Notes under the pieces: model-generated
What the model saw: the letters and a program-made list of their open reading frames with translations, nothing else
Told to the model about the DNA's origin: nothing
Databases searched by the model: none
Translations under genes and position numbers: made by a program
NCBI GenBank assembly: GCA_963716145.1
Contig: OY970292.1
Coordinates: forward strand, 140,104-204,103
Reading direction: 5' to 3'
Length of the DNA: 64,000 bases
From: Candidatus Levyibacteriota bacterium
GTDB taxonomy: Bacteria; Patescibacteriota; Microgenomatia; Levybacterales; UBA12049
In this document: positions 33,153 through 44,337 of the stretch, piece by piece
Layout of the letters: each line of letters starts with the position of its first letter
Position numbering within the stretch: position 1 is the first letter of the stretch

Positions 33153-34552
33153 AAATTTGGTTTTTGTTTGTGCCAATCAGTTGCCTGTTCATAGTTATAA
33201 GCAGCCCGCAAGACAATCTCTTCGCCAAACTGTGGTCCGATAATATCCATTCCAATAGGAAGACCTGATTTGGAGAACCCAACAGGAATATTGATTCCTG
33301 ACAAGCCGGCAATTGAAGATGGCTCAACCAGCATATCCGCTAGTTCTCCAAACATTGCCTGTCCTTCACTTGCTCCAATTGGCAAAGCAGTTGTCGGGGA
33401 GGTCGGGCCGATAATCACGTCGACATCTTTAAATGCGTTATTAAAGTCATCAATTATAATCGTGCGCACCTTTAATGCTTTATTGAAAAATTGGTCATAA
33501 TATCCGGCGGAAAGCGTGTAGGTCCCAAGCATTATTCTGCGTTTTGCTTCTTCTCCGAAATGCGATCTGTCAGCCCCATATCTTATTCCGTCATATCGTG
33601 CGAGGTTGGATGATACTTCGGATCTTTGTAAGATTGTATAGACAGCGACTGTGTATTTTGGGGGAAATAGTTTAATTTTTTTGACAGTTGCTCCAAGTTT
33701 CTCCAAAACTTTTATCCCGTCTTCAACTTTTGATTTGATCTCTGGATCAACGCCTTCAAAATAATCGTCTGGCACTCCGATTTTCAGGCCAACAATTTTA
33801 TCCTTAATTTTCTTTAAATAGTCGGGAACTTTGCTTGGTGAGCTAGTTGCATCCAGAGGATCTTGACCGGCCAGAATCTGCAGCAAGCGCGCGCTGTCCT
33901 CAACTGTTTTGGTAATCGGTCCCGGACTATCAAGGGATGAGCCCATCGCGACTACTCCGTAGCGGCTTACCCGCCCATAAGTTGGTTTTAATCCCACAAC
34001 TCCGCACCAGCCGGCAGGCTGCCTGATGGATCCTGCCGTCTCAGATCCTATCGCCGCTATTGTTTCATCGGACGCAACACTTGCTGCAGCCCCGCCAGAT
34101 GAGCCACCGGGAAGGTGATCAGTGTTCCAGGGATTTTTACTGGGACCAAAATCTGATGTTTCAGTACTGGATCCATGTGCCCAGGCATCTAAATTAGTTT
34201 TGCCTAGCAAAACTACACCGGCGTCTTTAAGCTTGCGGACTGCAGTTGCGTCAAACGGCGGAATATAATTTTCAAGAACTTTACTGGACGCAGTTGTTTT
34301 AATTCCGTTGGTTGAAAAATTGTCCTTAATTGATAGGGGAATGCCCAGAAGAGGAAGATCAGACCCATTTGCCCGCCTCGCGTCAGCGTCTGCGGCATTT
34401 TTCATGGCCTCTCCCTCGGTTACAGTGACAAAAGCTTTTATTTTAGGCTCAATCTTCTTTATCCGCTCAAGATAAGACTTAGTCAGCTCAACTGAGGAAA
34501 TTTCCTTACTCTTCAATTTTTCTAAGGCTTGGGTAAGTGTCAGATTAATCAT
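33149..34552 (-). CDS. gatA: Asp/Glu-tRNA amidotransferase subunit A
   Basis: Amidase signature PGGSSGG, GSETAGSIRQPA, KPTYGRVSRYG. Confidence 0.97.
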   Translation of the reverse strand: MINLTLTQALEKLKSKEISSVELTKSYLERIKKIEPKIKAFVTVTEGEAMKNAADADARRANGSDLPLLGIPLSIKDNFSTNGIKTTASSKVLENYIPPFDATAVRKLKDAGVVLLGKTNLDAWAHGSSTETSDFGPSKNPWNTDHLPGGSSGGAAASVASDETIAAIGSETAGSIRQPAGWCGVVGLKPTYGRVSRYGVVAMGSSLDSPGPITKTVEDSARLLQILAGQDPLDATSSPSKVPDYLKKIKDKIVGLKIGVPDDYFEGVDPEIKSKVEDGIKVLEKLGATVKKIKLFPPKYTVAVYTILQRSEVSSNLARYDGIRYGADRSHFGEEAKRRIMLGTYTLSAGYYDQFFNKALKVRTIIIDDFNNAFKDVDVIIGPTSPTTALPIGASEGQAMFGELADMLVEPSSIAGLSGINIPVGFSKSGLPIGMDIIGPQFGEEIVLRAAYNYEQATDWHKQKPNL

Positions 34553-34829
34553 TGTTCAAAACAGCTTTTACTTTGAATAATCCATTGTGTTGTTCATTTG
34601 TGTTTGATAAAGCCTGTTCTTGTGAAAGCGAAGCTAATTCAACATCTTCACGCGTTACATTTTCAAGGCCTGTTACCTGGGAGGTTGGGTGAATATCTTT
34701 GGTATCAACCTCATTCAGTTGGTCAATGTATTCAATTGTGGATTTTAGCTGAGATTCAAACTTCTTTTTTTCTTCATCAGTCAAGGGTAAATTGGCAAGC
34801 TTTGCAATGTGGGCTACATCAATTTTCAT
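34545..34829 (-). CDS. gatC: Asp/Glu-tRNA amidotransferase subunit C
   Basis: VAHIAKLANL...RED; operon position. Confidence 0.95.
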   Translation of the reverse strand: MKIDVAHIAKLANLPLTDEEKKKFESQLKSTIEYIDQLNEVDTKDIHPTSQVTGLENVTREDVELASLSQEQALSNTNEQHNGLFKVKAVLNND

Positions 34830-34873
34830 ACTTCGATAAACTCAGTATGATCCTGAGCCAGTCGAAGGATCAT
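34828..34873. repeat. Pair of REP-like TTCG..CTCA hairpin units upstream of gatC
   Basis: + ATAC-TTCGATAAACTCA-GTAT and - ATGATCC-TTCGACTGGCTCA-GGATCAT. Confidence 0.8.
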
Positions 34874-34884
34874 TTGAGTTATTA

Positions 34885-35668
34885 TTATAGCTTAACTCCA
34901 AGTCTTTTCGCAATCATAGACTTCGCTTTTTCTTCAAGCGAATCATCAAGCGGTGCAAGTTCTATTTCTTCTTTATATTTTATTTCCAGGGCTTTTTGAA
35001 TAAGCCAATCCGCTATCTCCGGATTTTTGGGAAGAAGAGGACCGTGAAGATATGAGCCAATCGCGTTTTTGTATATTATCCCCTCTGTGCCGTCTTTTCC
35101 GTTATTTCCGAAACCTTTAATAATTTTTGCCAGAGGTTTGGCATTATCCCCAAGGTAAGTTCTACCGCCGTGATTTTCAAAACCCACGATATAGCTGTTG
35201 GCAATATTATTTAGTTCCAATTGGGCGACTACATTTCCAATTAGTCTGTTTTTTTGCGGGCCCGGATGTCTGGATTCAATATCAAAAATGCCCAAACCCT
35301 CAATTCTTTTTCCCTCGGAAGGTTCATAATATTTACCAAGCAGCTGAGGAGATCCGCAGACAAAAAGTGAAGGAATATAGCTTTCAATTAAATTTTTGAT
35401 AACCTTTTCTTTTTTGCGAAGGTCAGTTATAACAAGCTTTTGTTCCCTGTCTTGCCCCCCCGCCGAATAGTAAGTCTACGGTTTTCAGTCGATCGTCATC
35501 AGTCTGTTGATCAATATTTATAATTTCAGTTTTAATTCCCCGCCATTCACAACGCTTCTTAAGAACAGTGATATTGCCTCTGTCTCCATAGGTACTCATA
35601 AGCTTAGGATATAACCAACCAATAGTTAGCGATGGGGTATTAGCTATTGGTTGTTGATTTTTTTTCAT
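34885..35668 (-). CDS. gatD: Lipid II isoglutaminyl synthase glutaminase subunit (CobQ-like GatD), frameshifted at a G7 run near 35458
   Basis: LYPKLMSTYGDRGN; removing one G restores FGGGQDREQ...VCGSPQLLG...GFENH...SYLHGPLLPKNP. Confidence 0.85.
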
Positions 35669-36967
35669 AGTATTTTTTTACCGGTTAAGATCTTTCGGGT
35701 TTCAAGCATTGCTGAATATGTCGGAAGAACAAACAAGGTTTCGTTTTGATTAACGAGTTCCATTCCTACGTTCAGGGCGTCTTCTAGCCTGTCGTAGGTC
35801 CTTACTCTTAATTCATAATTCTTAATCCCTAATTCGTACCTTAACCGGAGTGCCATATCATAAACCCTGTCTCCGGAAATCAAAATTTGTTTGAAATTCT
35901 CAAGCTCCGGAAAATCCACATCCCAAATCCAGGAAACATCCCGCCCGTCAGGAATTCTGTCATTCAAAACAATAAGTAAAACTTTTGCTCCGAGGTCTGA
36001 AATTGTCTGAAAAGATTCATTAAAGCTTGTTGGGTTTTTGGAAAGAAAAATTTGGATATTGCTGTTTTTATACTTGACGATTTCTTGTCTCCCAAAGGCA
36101 GGCTTAAAATCTTTAAATGACTCTTCAATGTTTGTTTCATTAAGTCCTATTTCTCTTAATACTAGTACTGATGCGTGCGTGTTGTATTTGTTATAAGTTC
36201 CCGGAAGGGGATAGACCTGGAAACTATTCAAGTTGAGTTTTGGCCGTGTGAGACCGCATTTACGGCAATACCAATTTCCCAAATGAGAAAAAATGATTTG
36301 TTTATAAACCAATTTCCCTCCGCATTTTGGGCAATAGTCCGAATCGGCCGAGTGTTCGGGGATTTTATCATTATTTCCAGGATCTGCGTTCCCAAAGTAC
36401 AATTTTTTGGCTTTTGTATTACTTGCCAAAAACGCGATCTGGGGATCATCGGCATTTAGAATAAGCGTTGTTTGATCCGTTAATTTACTAACTGCATCAG
36501 ACCACCTGGAAGCAATGATATTTACCTCGCCGTAACGATCCAATTGATCACGAAAAAGATTGAGCAATATCAAATAGTCGGGGATACATTCTTTAAGAAC
36601 TTGGGGAAGGGCATTTTCGTCTATTTCAAAAATCGCAAAATCATGATTTAGGCTCTCCACTCAAGTCAGAATTTATTATCAAACTGGACGCGATTCCATT
36701 GAGAAGATTTGCGCCGGATTTATTTTGAAAAACACGTTTGCCGTTTTTCTTGAGAGCTGTTTTTATAAGCGATGCGGTCGTAGTTTTACCATTGGTTCCC
36801 GCGATAATTATTATTTTAATATTAGATTTTTTTAGACGCTCTTTAATAAAATTTTTGTTCAAATTCAGTGCAATATGACCTGGCCATGTTGATCCATCCC
36901 CCAGATTCAACAAGCGAAAAAATTTAGAAAGTAGTTTGCCGGATATAATTAAAAGTTTATCTAGCAC
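35665..36967 (-). CDS. murT: MurT-family Mur ligase, frameshifted near 36652
   Basis: GSTWPG and GTNGKTTT in the first frame; FEIDE, NLFRDQLDRYGE, Cys zinc finger, KNP, DGRDVSWIWD, TYSAM in the second. Confidence 0.88.
35804..35838. repeat. Heptamer tract inside murT
   Basis: - strand TACGAAT TAGGGAT TAAGAAT TATGAAT TAAGAGT, translated YELGIKNYELR. Confidence 0.8.
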
Positions 36968-36992
36968 CTATTAATTGTATCACGGAGACGGG

Positions 36993-37892
36993 TTACATCT
37001 CTCTGAGGATTTTGACGCGTTCTTCAGTTGGCGGGTGGGTGCTGAACAAGCCTGTGAGAGAGCTTTGTAGGCCCTTTCCCTTAAAAGGATTGACTATAAA
37101 TAAATGTGCTGTTGCATTGCTTGCGGTGTGAAGCGGTCTTTGATCTTTTGAGATTTTTTCAAGCGCACTAGCCAATCCATCTGGATAGCGAGTTAATAAT
37201 GCTCCTGATGCATCAGCCAAAAATTCCCGTTTTCTTGATACTGCAAGTTGAATAAGGCTCGCGATGAGTGGGGCTATTATGGCAAGAACTATTCCGATTA
37301 TCAAAAATACTGCTTGTCCGCGGCTATCTTCATCGCTATCCCGGCTCATCCCGCCCCAGAACAAGTTTCTTAAAAATATATCTGCAAGAAGCGCTATAAA
37401 ACCAACAAGTACGGCAGTAATTGCCATAAGTCTTGTGTCAAAGTTCTTAACATGGGAAAGTTCATGTGCTATAACTCCCTCCAGCTCCACCTTGTTCAGT
37501 TTTTCCAGAATTCCGGTAGTTACCGCAATTGATGCCCGTTTTGGATCGCGTCCTGTCGCGAATGCGTTGGGAGAAGCATCATTAATTACATATACTTTCG
37601 GCATTGGGATACCATCTCCCAAGCTCAGGTTTTCAACAAGCCTGAATAACTCGGGAGAATCATTTTTTTGGATTTGTTTGGCACCTGAGGTTGCAAGAAC
37701 AACTTTATCGGAATAAAAATAACTTCCTATGCTGGATAATATGGCGATCGGGAAAACTATTAATGAGTAAGTTGGACCATATCCTGTTGCTTTTCCTATC
37801 ACAAATGCAACCGAAGTTGCAAAGATAATGAACAAAAACATTATGGCCCAACTTTTCCAAATATTTCTAGAAATAGATGAGTATATGTTCAT
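36993..37892 (-). CDS. htpX: M48 zinc metalloprotease HtpX
   Basis: PNAFATG, HELSH, SRKREFLAD, FSTHPP. Confidence 0.95.
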   Translation of the reverse strand: MNIYSSISRNIWKSWAIMFLFIIFATSVAFVIGKATGYGPTYSLIVFPIAILSSIGSYFYSDKVVLATSGAKQIQKNDSPELFRLVENLSLGDGIPMPKVYVINDASPNAFATGRDPKRASIAVTTGILEKLNKVELEGVIAHELSHVKNFDTRLMAITAVLVGFIALLADIFLRNLFWGGMSRDSDEDSRGQAVFLIIGIVLAIIAPLIASLIQLAVSRKREFLADASGALLTRYPDGLASALEKISKDQRPLHTASNATAHLFIVNPFKGKGLQSSLTGLFSTHPPTEERVKILREM

Positions 37893-38440
37893 TAAAATTT
37901 CACCTTTACTTCTTTTTTATCCTCATCACTTGCCCGGAAAAAATCTGCCGGTTTGAAACCGAACATATTTCCGATCAGGTTGCTTGGGAAAATAGCCAGT
38001 TTGTTGTTGAAATCCAGAACATTGCTGTTATAAAACTGGCGGGAGTAAGCAATCTTATTTTCAGTATCAGATAGTTCTTCCTGTAGCTCATGGAAATTTG
38101 AGTTTGCTTTAAGGTCAGGATAATTCTCGGAAACTGCAAAAAGTGATTTTAAGGTTTGCGAAAGCTGGTTGTTTGCTTCTGCTTTCTCTGTCGTTGTTCC
38201 GGCCGTCATAAGGCTTGTTCTTGCTTTTGTAACATTTTCCAGAAGCTCTTTCTCATGCTTTGCATATCCTTTTACTGTTTCAACCAAATTTGGGATAAGG
38301 TCAGTTCTTCTTTTGAGTTGGACATCGATTTGCGATAAAGCTTCTGCTATCCGGTTTTTGGCTGTAACTAAGCTGTTGTATACAACTAGGAAATATAGAA
38401 GTATAAATGCGACTACTATAATTACAATTGTGTTTATCAT
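37892..38440 (-). CDS. lemA: LemA family protein
   Basis: [36 protein letters not shown]; GGAGGTG upstream of ATG 38440. Confidence 0.95.
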   Translation of the reverse strand: MINTIVIIVVAFILLYFLVVYNSLVTAKNRIAEALSQIDVQLKRRTDLIPNLVETVKGYAKHEKELLENVTKARTSLMTAGTTTEKAEANNQLSQTLKSLFAVSENYPDLKANSNFHELQEELSDTENKIAYSRQFYNSNVLDFNNKLAIFPSNLIGNMFGFKPADFFRASDEDKKEVKVKF

Positions 38441-38444
38441 AAAT

Positions 38445-40220
38445 TCACCTCCCCTCAAAAAACTCTTTAACTTTATTATAGTCGTATGTATTCAAAATGT
38501 CACTAGGAGTTGCCCATCCGCGTTGAGCAACGGCCACCCCATATTCCATAAGATTCATGTGCTCCACTGCATGGCTGTCCGTGTTAATTACCAATTTTAC
38601 TCCTTTTTTTATTGCGTCCCGCACCAATATATCGGGTAGATCGAGTCTTAGAGGCCAAGAATTAATCTCTATTGCCTTATTATTTTTTGCTGCAAAATCA
38701 AAGACCTTATCCCATTCCAAATCATATCCGGATCTTTGATTTAGGAGTCTTCCAGTTGGATGGGCTAGTATCTTTGCTTTGGGATGAGATAGTCCTTTTA
38801 GAACCCGATCGGTCATTTTGGATCTTTCCATGTCAAAAGAGCTGTGAATTGAGACAATAGATCCATCGAGAAGGGACAATACTTTGTCATCAAGAGCTAA
38901 TTTGCCATTGGGTAGTATGTCCGTTTCCATCAAAGAAAAAATTTGTATACTTTTATTATACTTTAACCTCAATTGATCAATAAAATTACTCCTTCTTTCC
39001 AGAATCTTAAATGTTTGCTCAACGGTATGTTTGGATATGCTAGGATTGTGTTCCGAGAAAGCTAGATATTTATAGTTAAGCCTGATTGCACATTTGAGCA
39101 TTTCCTCCATAGAGTGATGTCCCATATCATGGCTTGGTTCAATTGGATAATTTGAATGAATATGAAAATCTCCTTTTACGTCTTTTAGCTCAATCAATTT
39201 TGGTAGGTTGTTTTTTTGCGCCAATTCAATCTCTCCCGTATTTTCCCGTATCTCAGGCGGTATCCATGAGAGTCCCAAAAATTTGTATAGTTCTTCTTCG
39301 GTTTTGAACTGAATCAGCTTGGGATTTTTTTCATCTTTTTTCTTAATTCCATAATCAGAAAGAGAGTAGCCCTTTTTTAATGCAATTTCCCTCAGGTGTA
39401 CGTTGTGATCCTTGCTGCCGGTAAAGTGCTGGAGAAGGGCGCCAAAACCATCAGGTGATTCAACCATAAGGTCAATCTGCCTGCCACCTGAGGTCAAAAT
39501 TGCCGCAGTTCGTCCGCCTTTTTCCATTACGCGTTCAGCGTGGGGATAATTTGTGAAGTGTTCAATGGCCGCTTTTGGGTCTCTGCTTGCAACAGCCATG
39601 TCTATATCCCCAACGGTGGACTTCTTACGCCTTAAGCTCCCAAGAGTACTGGCTTTCTCAATATTCTTTGAGCTTAGAAGATAATCAATTAATTTACGTG
39701 CGAGCTCATTCGCATAAGGGAGGACCATCCTAGTTGTTTTTCCTGTGCCGACTTTATATTCTTCAAATGCCCTAAGAATATCTTTTTCTGATTTTTCACC
39801 AAATCCCGGAAGCACTGCAATTTTTCCACTCTTTGCGATTTTCATTAAATCCGCAATAACTGTTTTGGGGTTTTTCAATCCAAATTCTGTGACTAGCTTA
39901 TATGCTGTTTTCGGGCCAATGCTTGGTACTTCGAGAAGCGGAAAAACGCTTGATGGTATTTTTTTTAGAATATCGTCCAGATGTTTTACTTTGCTTTTCG
40001 TAAGAAGTTCCTCAATGGAGTTTCTTATGGATGGGCCAACTCCAGGTATGTCCTCGAGGGTTCCTTCTTTTTGAAGCTCTTTAAGTTCAGTTGGCGTTCC
40101 TTCAATTATCTCAGCAGCTTTCCTGTAGGCCAATATTTGGAAGCGGTATTTTTTTTCATCAGTAATAGCGTAAGCTGAGGCGACGTTATTTAGGAGTTTG
40201 GCAATTTCTGTATTTGTCAT
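38445..40220 (-). CDS. polX: DNA polymerase X with PHP domain
   Basis: HhH repeats, [18 protein letters not shown]; PHP HIHS, AHP, NTDSH. Confidence 0.95.
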   Translation of the reverse strand: MTNTEIAKLLNNVASAYAITDEKKYRFQILAYRKAAEIIEGTPTELKELQKEGTLEDIPGVGPSIRNSIEELLTKSKVKHLDDILKKIPSSVFPLLEVPSIGPKTAYKLVTEFGLKNPKTVIADLMKIAKSGKIAVLPGFGEKSEKDILRAFEEYKVGTGKTTRMVLPYANELARKLIDYLLSSKNIEKASTLGSLRRKKSTVGDIDMAVASRDPKAAIEHFTNYPHAERVMEKGGRTAAILTSGGRQIDLMVESPDGFGALLQHFTGSKDHNVHLREIALKKGYSLSDYGIKKKDEKNPKLIQFKTEEELYKFLGLSWIPPEIRENTGEIELAQKNNLPKLIELKDVKGDFHIHSNYPIEPSHDMGHHSMEEMLKCAIRLNYKYLAFSEHNPSISKHTVEQTFKILERRSNFIDQLRLKYNKSIQIFSLMETDILPNGKLALDDKVLSLLDGSIVSIHSSFDMERSKMTDRVLKGLSHPKAKILAHPTGRLLNQRSGYDLEWDKVFDFAAKNNKAIEINSWPLRLDLPDILVRDAIKKGVKLVINTDSHAVEHMNLMEYGVAVAQRGWATPSDILNTYDYNKVKEFFEGR

Positions 40221-40403
40221 GCCCCTTCGCCCGCCTTTCCGCTTGTTGTCGGAGACATAAAAATTTTCATATTAATCACTTTTTTTCTCATATGCTTCGG
40301 AGGCATGACCATTCCATAGTTTTAACGAAGGATGGTCACAGACAAAGTGTATCAGACGATTGACCCTGTTTCAAGTTTAACGTATAATGGGAGAACTGCA
40401 ATT

Positions 40404-40478
40404 GGGGTTGTAGCTCAGTTTGGTTAGAGCGTCTCCCTGTCACGGAGAAGGTCGCGGGTTCGAGCCCCGTCAATCCCG
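40404..40478 (+). tRNA. tRNA-Asp(GTC)
   Basis: Acceptor GGGGTTG/CAATCCC, anticodon arm TCTCC-CTGTCAC-GGAGA, GGTTCGAGC; upstream TTGACC..TATAAT. Confidence 0.95.
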
Positions 40479-40591
40479 CAAAATATAATAGTATAATCTT
40501 ATGGGTTGCATTTGGTAAAATATCTGTTATACTGCTTAAAGTTAATACCTCTGCCTAATTTAACTAATTTAATCTGTCCTCAAAGATTAAA

Positions 40592-41498
40592 ATGACTGAG
40601 AATACAAAGTCAAAAACAATATACTCCGAAAAAGCTAAAAAAGCGGATAAGACCGTTGAATCAGAACAAACTAGCTCTAGTATTTTTGATTACTTTAGAT
40701 TTGGAGAATCATACACGAGCTTAATACTTGGAATAATGTCCGTTATTATTGCGACAGGCCTTTTATTGGGATTTGTTCATAATAGAAATGCGGCAAACAA
40801 AAAAAATATCTCGGAAACCCGCAACTCAAAATTTAACAAGAATTTCACAAACCGACACAGAGACAATAATAAGTACAGTAACTAAAACTCCCGTAGCAAT
40901 GTCTAATAAGGGCAAGACGGTTTCAACTCCTACTCCAAAAGTAAAACCTACAGCAACCCCAAAACCTAAAGCTGTAGTTACAAAAGCTCCAAAGGCAACG
41001 GCTATACCAGTTCCTACCAAAAAAGTTGTAGTCAAACCAAAACCGACAGTTGCAACTAAGATAAATAAACCAGCCACAACTAGCAGCGCAATGGTAGGAA
41101 AAAGTTATACGGTAAAATCAGGCGACACGCTTTGGAGTATTTCTGAGAATGCGTACGGAAGCGGATACAACTGGGTAGATATAAACAGAGCAAATAATTT
41201 ATTCAATTCAGATATAATTCAAGCGGGAGATAAATTATTTGTGCCTAAGGTTGTACAAAAAACTCCATCATCTGAAGCTGACATATTGGCTGACGGTGTT
41301 CACTCACAAATTGATTATTCAACAGGCGCAAAAATAACAACTGGAAAGTATCTTATCCAGCCCGGAGATAACCTATGGAATATTGCAGTAAGAGCATATG
41401 GTGATGGATATCAGTGGGTTAAAATCGCCAAGATAAATAATCTATCCAATCCGGATTTAATCTACGCTGGAAATAATTTGATGCTACCGCGCAAATAA
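40592..41498 (+). CDS. Membrane-anchored protein with Pro/Thr/Lys linker and two LysM domains, frameshifted near 40800-40820
   Basis: TM helix in the first frame; YTVKSGDTLWSIS and YLIQPGDNLWNIA in the second; A8 and CCC runs in the overlap. Confidence 0.82.
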
Positions 41499-41506
41499 TT
41501 CTACTT

Positions 41507-41581
41507 TGGAGCGGTGGAAGGGAGTTGAACCCTCGACCTTCTCCTTGGGAAGGAGACATTCTACCGCTGAACTACCACCGC
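41507..41581 (-). tRNA. tRNA-Gly(CCC)
   Basis: Acceptor GCGGTGG/CCACCGC, anticodon arm TCTCC-TTCCCAA-GGAGA, encoded CCA. Confidence 0.95.
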
Positions 41582-41751
41582 AAACCCTTAAGCAATAATA
41601 GCAGATCAGGTTAAAAATTTCACTTGTTTTGGGTTTAAAAAAACGCGAGTCCTCCTCCTTGGCCAAAGCTTCGGCAGTACAAAGATTCTCATACCCTGCT
41701 CAATCGATTTTCCCCAGTTGACTATGTTCTCTCATTTTGCTAACATAAATC

Positions 41752-43422
41752 GTGCCCCTAACAAAAATTAAAAATAACAAAACTAAATATATATTTGTTT
41801 CCGGTGGTGTCATATCTGGCATTGGCAAAGGTACAACTGCCGCCTCAATTGCTTATCTTCTCAAATCCGCAGGATACAAAGTAGCACCGCTTAAGTTTGA
41901 AAATTATCTCAACATTGACGCAGGCACTATTAACCCCATTGAGCATGGAGATCCATTTTTGTGTGAAGACGGCACAGAAGGAGACATGGATATCGGAACA
42001 TATGAAAAATTTCTGAGCGAAGATATGGGGAAAGAAAATTTCATCACAATGGGAAGAATCTATAAAACAGTTATTGACCGCGAGAGAAGATTTGAATATA
42101 ACGGAGAAGATGTTGAAGCTATTCCTCACATAACGGATGAAATAACAAGAAGAATAAAAGATGTTGCCGATAAAACTCATCCAGATATAATTCTTATAGA
42201 GCTTGGCGGAACTGCCGGTGAGTATCAAAATGTATTTTATTATGAAGCATCTCGTATCTTGACTTTGAAAAATCCCGGAGATGTTATACATATTCATGTG
42301 AGCTATGTTCCGACTCCGTCTCACCTAGGAGAGCCAAAGACCAAGCCAACGCAACTATCGGTGAGAACCCTTAATTCTTTGGGCATTCAGCCCGATTTTA
42401 TAGTTGCAAGGTCAAATAATTATCTGGATAAAAGGCGCCGGGATAGGTTCGCTCTTTTCTGCAATATGCTTCCTGAAGATATTATTTCAAATCCTGATCT
42501 GGAATCTGTGTATGAAATTCCTTTGATGCTTCAAAAACAGGATCTTGATAAAAGAATACTTCAAAAACTTAATTTGCCGGTTAAAAAAGCCAATATAAAA
42601 GAATGGGACGATCTAGTTGAAAGAATTAAAGCCAAGAAGTCAAAGGCAGTGGAGGTTGCAATAGTCGGTAAGTATTTCGGAACAGGGGATTATCAGCTGC
42701 GCGATTCTTATGCTGCCTTGCTTGACGCAATAGATCACGCAAGTTGGCAATTGGGAACAGAGGTAAAAGTAAAATGGATTGACGCCGAAGCTGTTGAAAA
42801 AAACGGAGTTGCTAAAACAATCGGGACACCGGATGGAATAATCGTTCCTATTGGTTGGGGAGAAAGAGGAGCCGAAGGGATGATAATGGCAGCCGATTAT
42901 GCAAGAATAAATAAAATTCCATATTTGGGGCTTTGTTATGGAATGCAGCTTGCGGTAGTAGCGTTTGCGCGTTCGGTACTTGGTTTTCCGGATGCGAATA
43001 CAACAGAAAATAATCCCAAAACAACAAATCCCGTAATTTATCTTATACCTTCTCAAAAGGCACTTATGGAAACCCGCGCTTATGGTGGTACGATGAGGCT
43101 GGGGACTTGGGACGCGGTCGTTAAAAAAGGAACAAGGGCCTGGGATCTGTACGATAAGTATAATCAATTTGTAAATAAAGAAAAAGGGATCACTAGCGAG
43201 AGACATAGACACCGTTATGAATTTAATGGTAAGTACGCGGAAGAATTTGAAAAAAATGGTTTGGTGATCAGCGCAAGATCTGTAAAAGAGGGATTGGTTG
43301 AGATAATTGAAGTACCGGATCATCCATTTTATCTTGGAACACAAGGGCACCCTGAATATAAAAGCCGACCTTTAAAACCCCATCCAATTTTCTTAGGTTT
43401 TATTGAAGCAGCCACGAAGTAA
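41752..43422 (+). CDS. pyrG: CTP synthase
   Basis: YIFVSGGVISGIGKG, KTKPTQ, GLCYGMQ, ERHRHRYE, QGHPE. Confidence 0.98.
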   Translation: MPLTKIKNNKTKYIFVSGGVISGIGKGTTAASIAYLLKSAGYKVAPLKFENYLNIDAGTINPIEHGDPFLCEDGTEGDMDIGTYEKFLSEDMGKENFITMGRIYKTVIDRERRFEYNGEDVEAIPHITDEITRRIKDVADKTHPDIILIELGGTAGEYQNVFYYEASRILTLKNPGDVIHIHVSYVPTPSHLGEPKTKPTQLSVRTLNSLGIQPDFIVARSNNYLDKRRRDRFALFCNMLPEDIISNPDLESVYEIPLMLQKQDLDKRILQKLNLPVKKANIKEWDDLVERIKAKKSKAVEVAIVGKYFGTGDYQLRDSYAALLDAIDHASWQLGTEVKVKWIDAEAVEKNGVAKTIGTPDGIIVPIGWGERGAEGMIMAADYARINKIPYLGLCYGMQLAVVAFARSVLGFPDANTTENNPKTTNPVIYLIPSQKALMETRAYGGTMRLGTWDAVVKKGTRAWDLYDKYNQFVNKEKGITSERHRHRYEFNGKYAEEFEKNGLVISARSVKEGLVEIIEVPDHPFYLGTQGHPEYKSRPLKPHPIFLGFIEAATK

Positions 43423-43425
43423 TAT

Positions 43426-43568
43426 TTAGAATAAAGAATTAAGAAGTAAGAATCAAGGCCAATTTTCAATTTAAAATTCGAAATTTTCAATGAAATAGCA
43501 ATTTGAAATATTTTAAAAATTAAACATTGAAACATTCAATAAAAATTGAAAACTGAAAATTGAAAATT
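43426..43568. repeat. TAAGAAT-type heptamer tract followed by the 108-bp inverted-arm element (copy B, 43461-43568)
   Basis: TTAGAAT AAAGAAT TAAGAAG TAAGAAT; the element has perfect 12-bp terminal inverted repeats AATTTTCAATTT/AAATTGAAAATT. Confidence 0.85.
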
Positions 43569-43611
43569 AAATCTTGAGTTACCATTTCATTTCCGCTATA
43601 ATACATATACT

Positions 43612-43902
43612 ATGTTGCAAGTTATTAATTTCGTTCCCGGAGATATTGTAAAAGTTCATCAGAAAATTCAGGAGGGTGAAAAAACACGTATTCAGATTTT
43701 CAAAGGAACAGTTTTGCAGATCAGAGGTCGTGGAATAAACAAAATGTTCACAGTTCAGAAAAAGGTAGGGCAAATAGCTGTTGAGAGAATCTGGCCAGTA
43801 AATTCCCCAAATGTTTCACTTGTTGAAGTGGCTGAACATTCAAAGAAAAAAATAAGACGCGCAAAGCTTAATTACCTCAAGGTCCCCAAAGCTAAGGTTT
43901 AG
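43612..43902 (+). CDS. rplS: 50S ribosomal protein L19
   Basis: PGDIVKVH, EGEKTRIQIFKG, VERIWP, RRAKLNYL. Confidence 0.96.
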   Translation: MLQVINFVPGDIVKVHQKIQEGEKTRIQIFKGTVLQIRGRGINKMFTVQKKVGQIAVERIWPVNSPNVSLVEVAEHSKKKIRRAKLNYLKVPKAKV

Positions 43903-43945
43903 TTTTCATAAAATCCCAATTTATTTTTTCTGCTAATATTAATTA

Positions 43946-44308
43946 ATGTTTAAGCGAAAACTTGATGAAGGAAATAGGGGAGAGGAGATTGCTGCCAAGT
44001 ATCTTACGGATAATGGTTACAAAATTATTGCTAGAAATTTCAGAATTAGAGGAGGAGAAATTGATATTATCGCAATAGATGGTGATATATTGGCATTTAT
44101 CGAGGTGAAAACCCGTACCTCAAATCAATTCGGGACAGGACTTGAAGCAATAGGCTTTTGGAAACTTAAGGCGCTTGTCAAAACTGCTCAGATATATAAA
44201 ACAACGCATTCAAATTTGCCCGAGGCAATGAGAATAGACGCCGTAGTGGTGATGCTGAATAAATTTAATGAAACAGACTCAATTGAGCTTGTAAAAAATA
44301 TCAGTTGA
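43946..44308 (+). CDS. yraN: YraN family endonuclease-like protein
   Basis: GEEIAAKYL, RNFR, GEIDII, FIEVKTR, RID. Confidence 0.92.
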   Translation: MFKRKLDEGNRGEEIAAKYLTDNGYKIIARNFRIRGGEIDIIAIDGDILAFIEVKTRTSNQFGTGLEAIGFWKLKALVKTAQIYKTTHSNLPEAMRIDAVVVMLNKFNETDSIELVKNIS

Positions 44309-44337
44309 AGCTATAATTGTGACAACGCAAATAAAAT

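Noticed and set aside
41484-41666. 60-aa ORF on the - strand
   Set aside because: Overlaps tRNA-Gly on the same strand.
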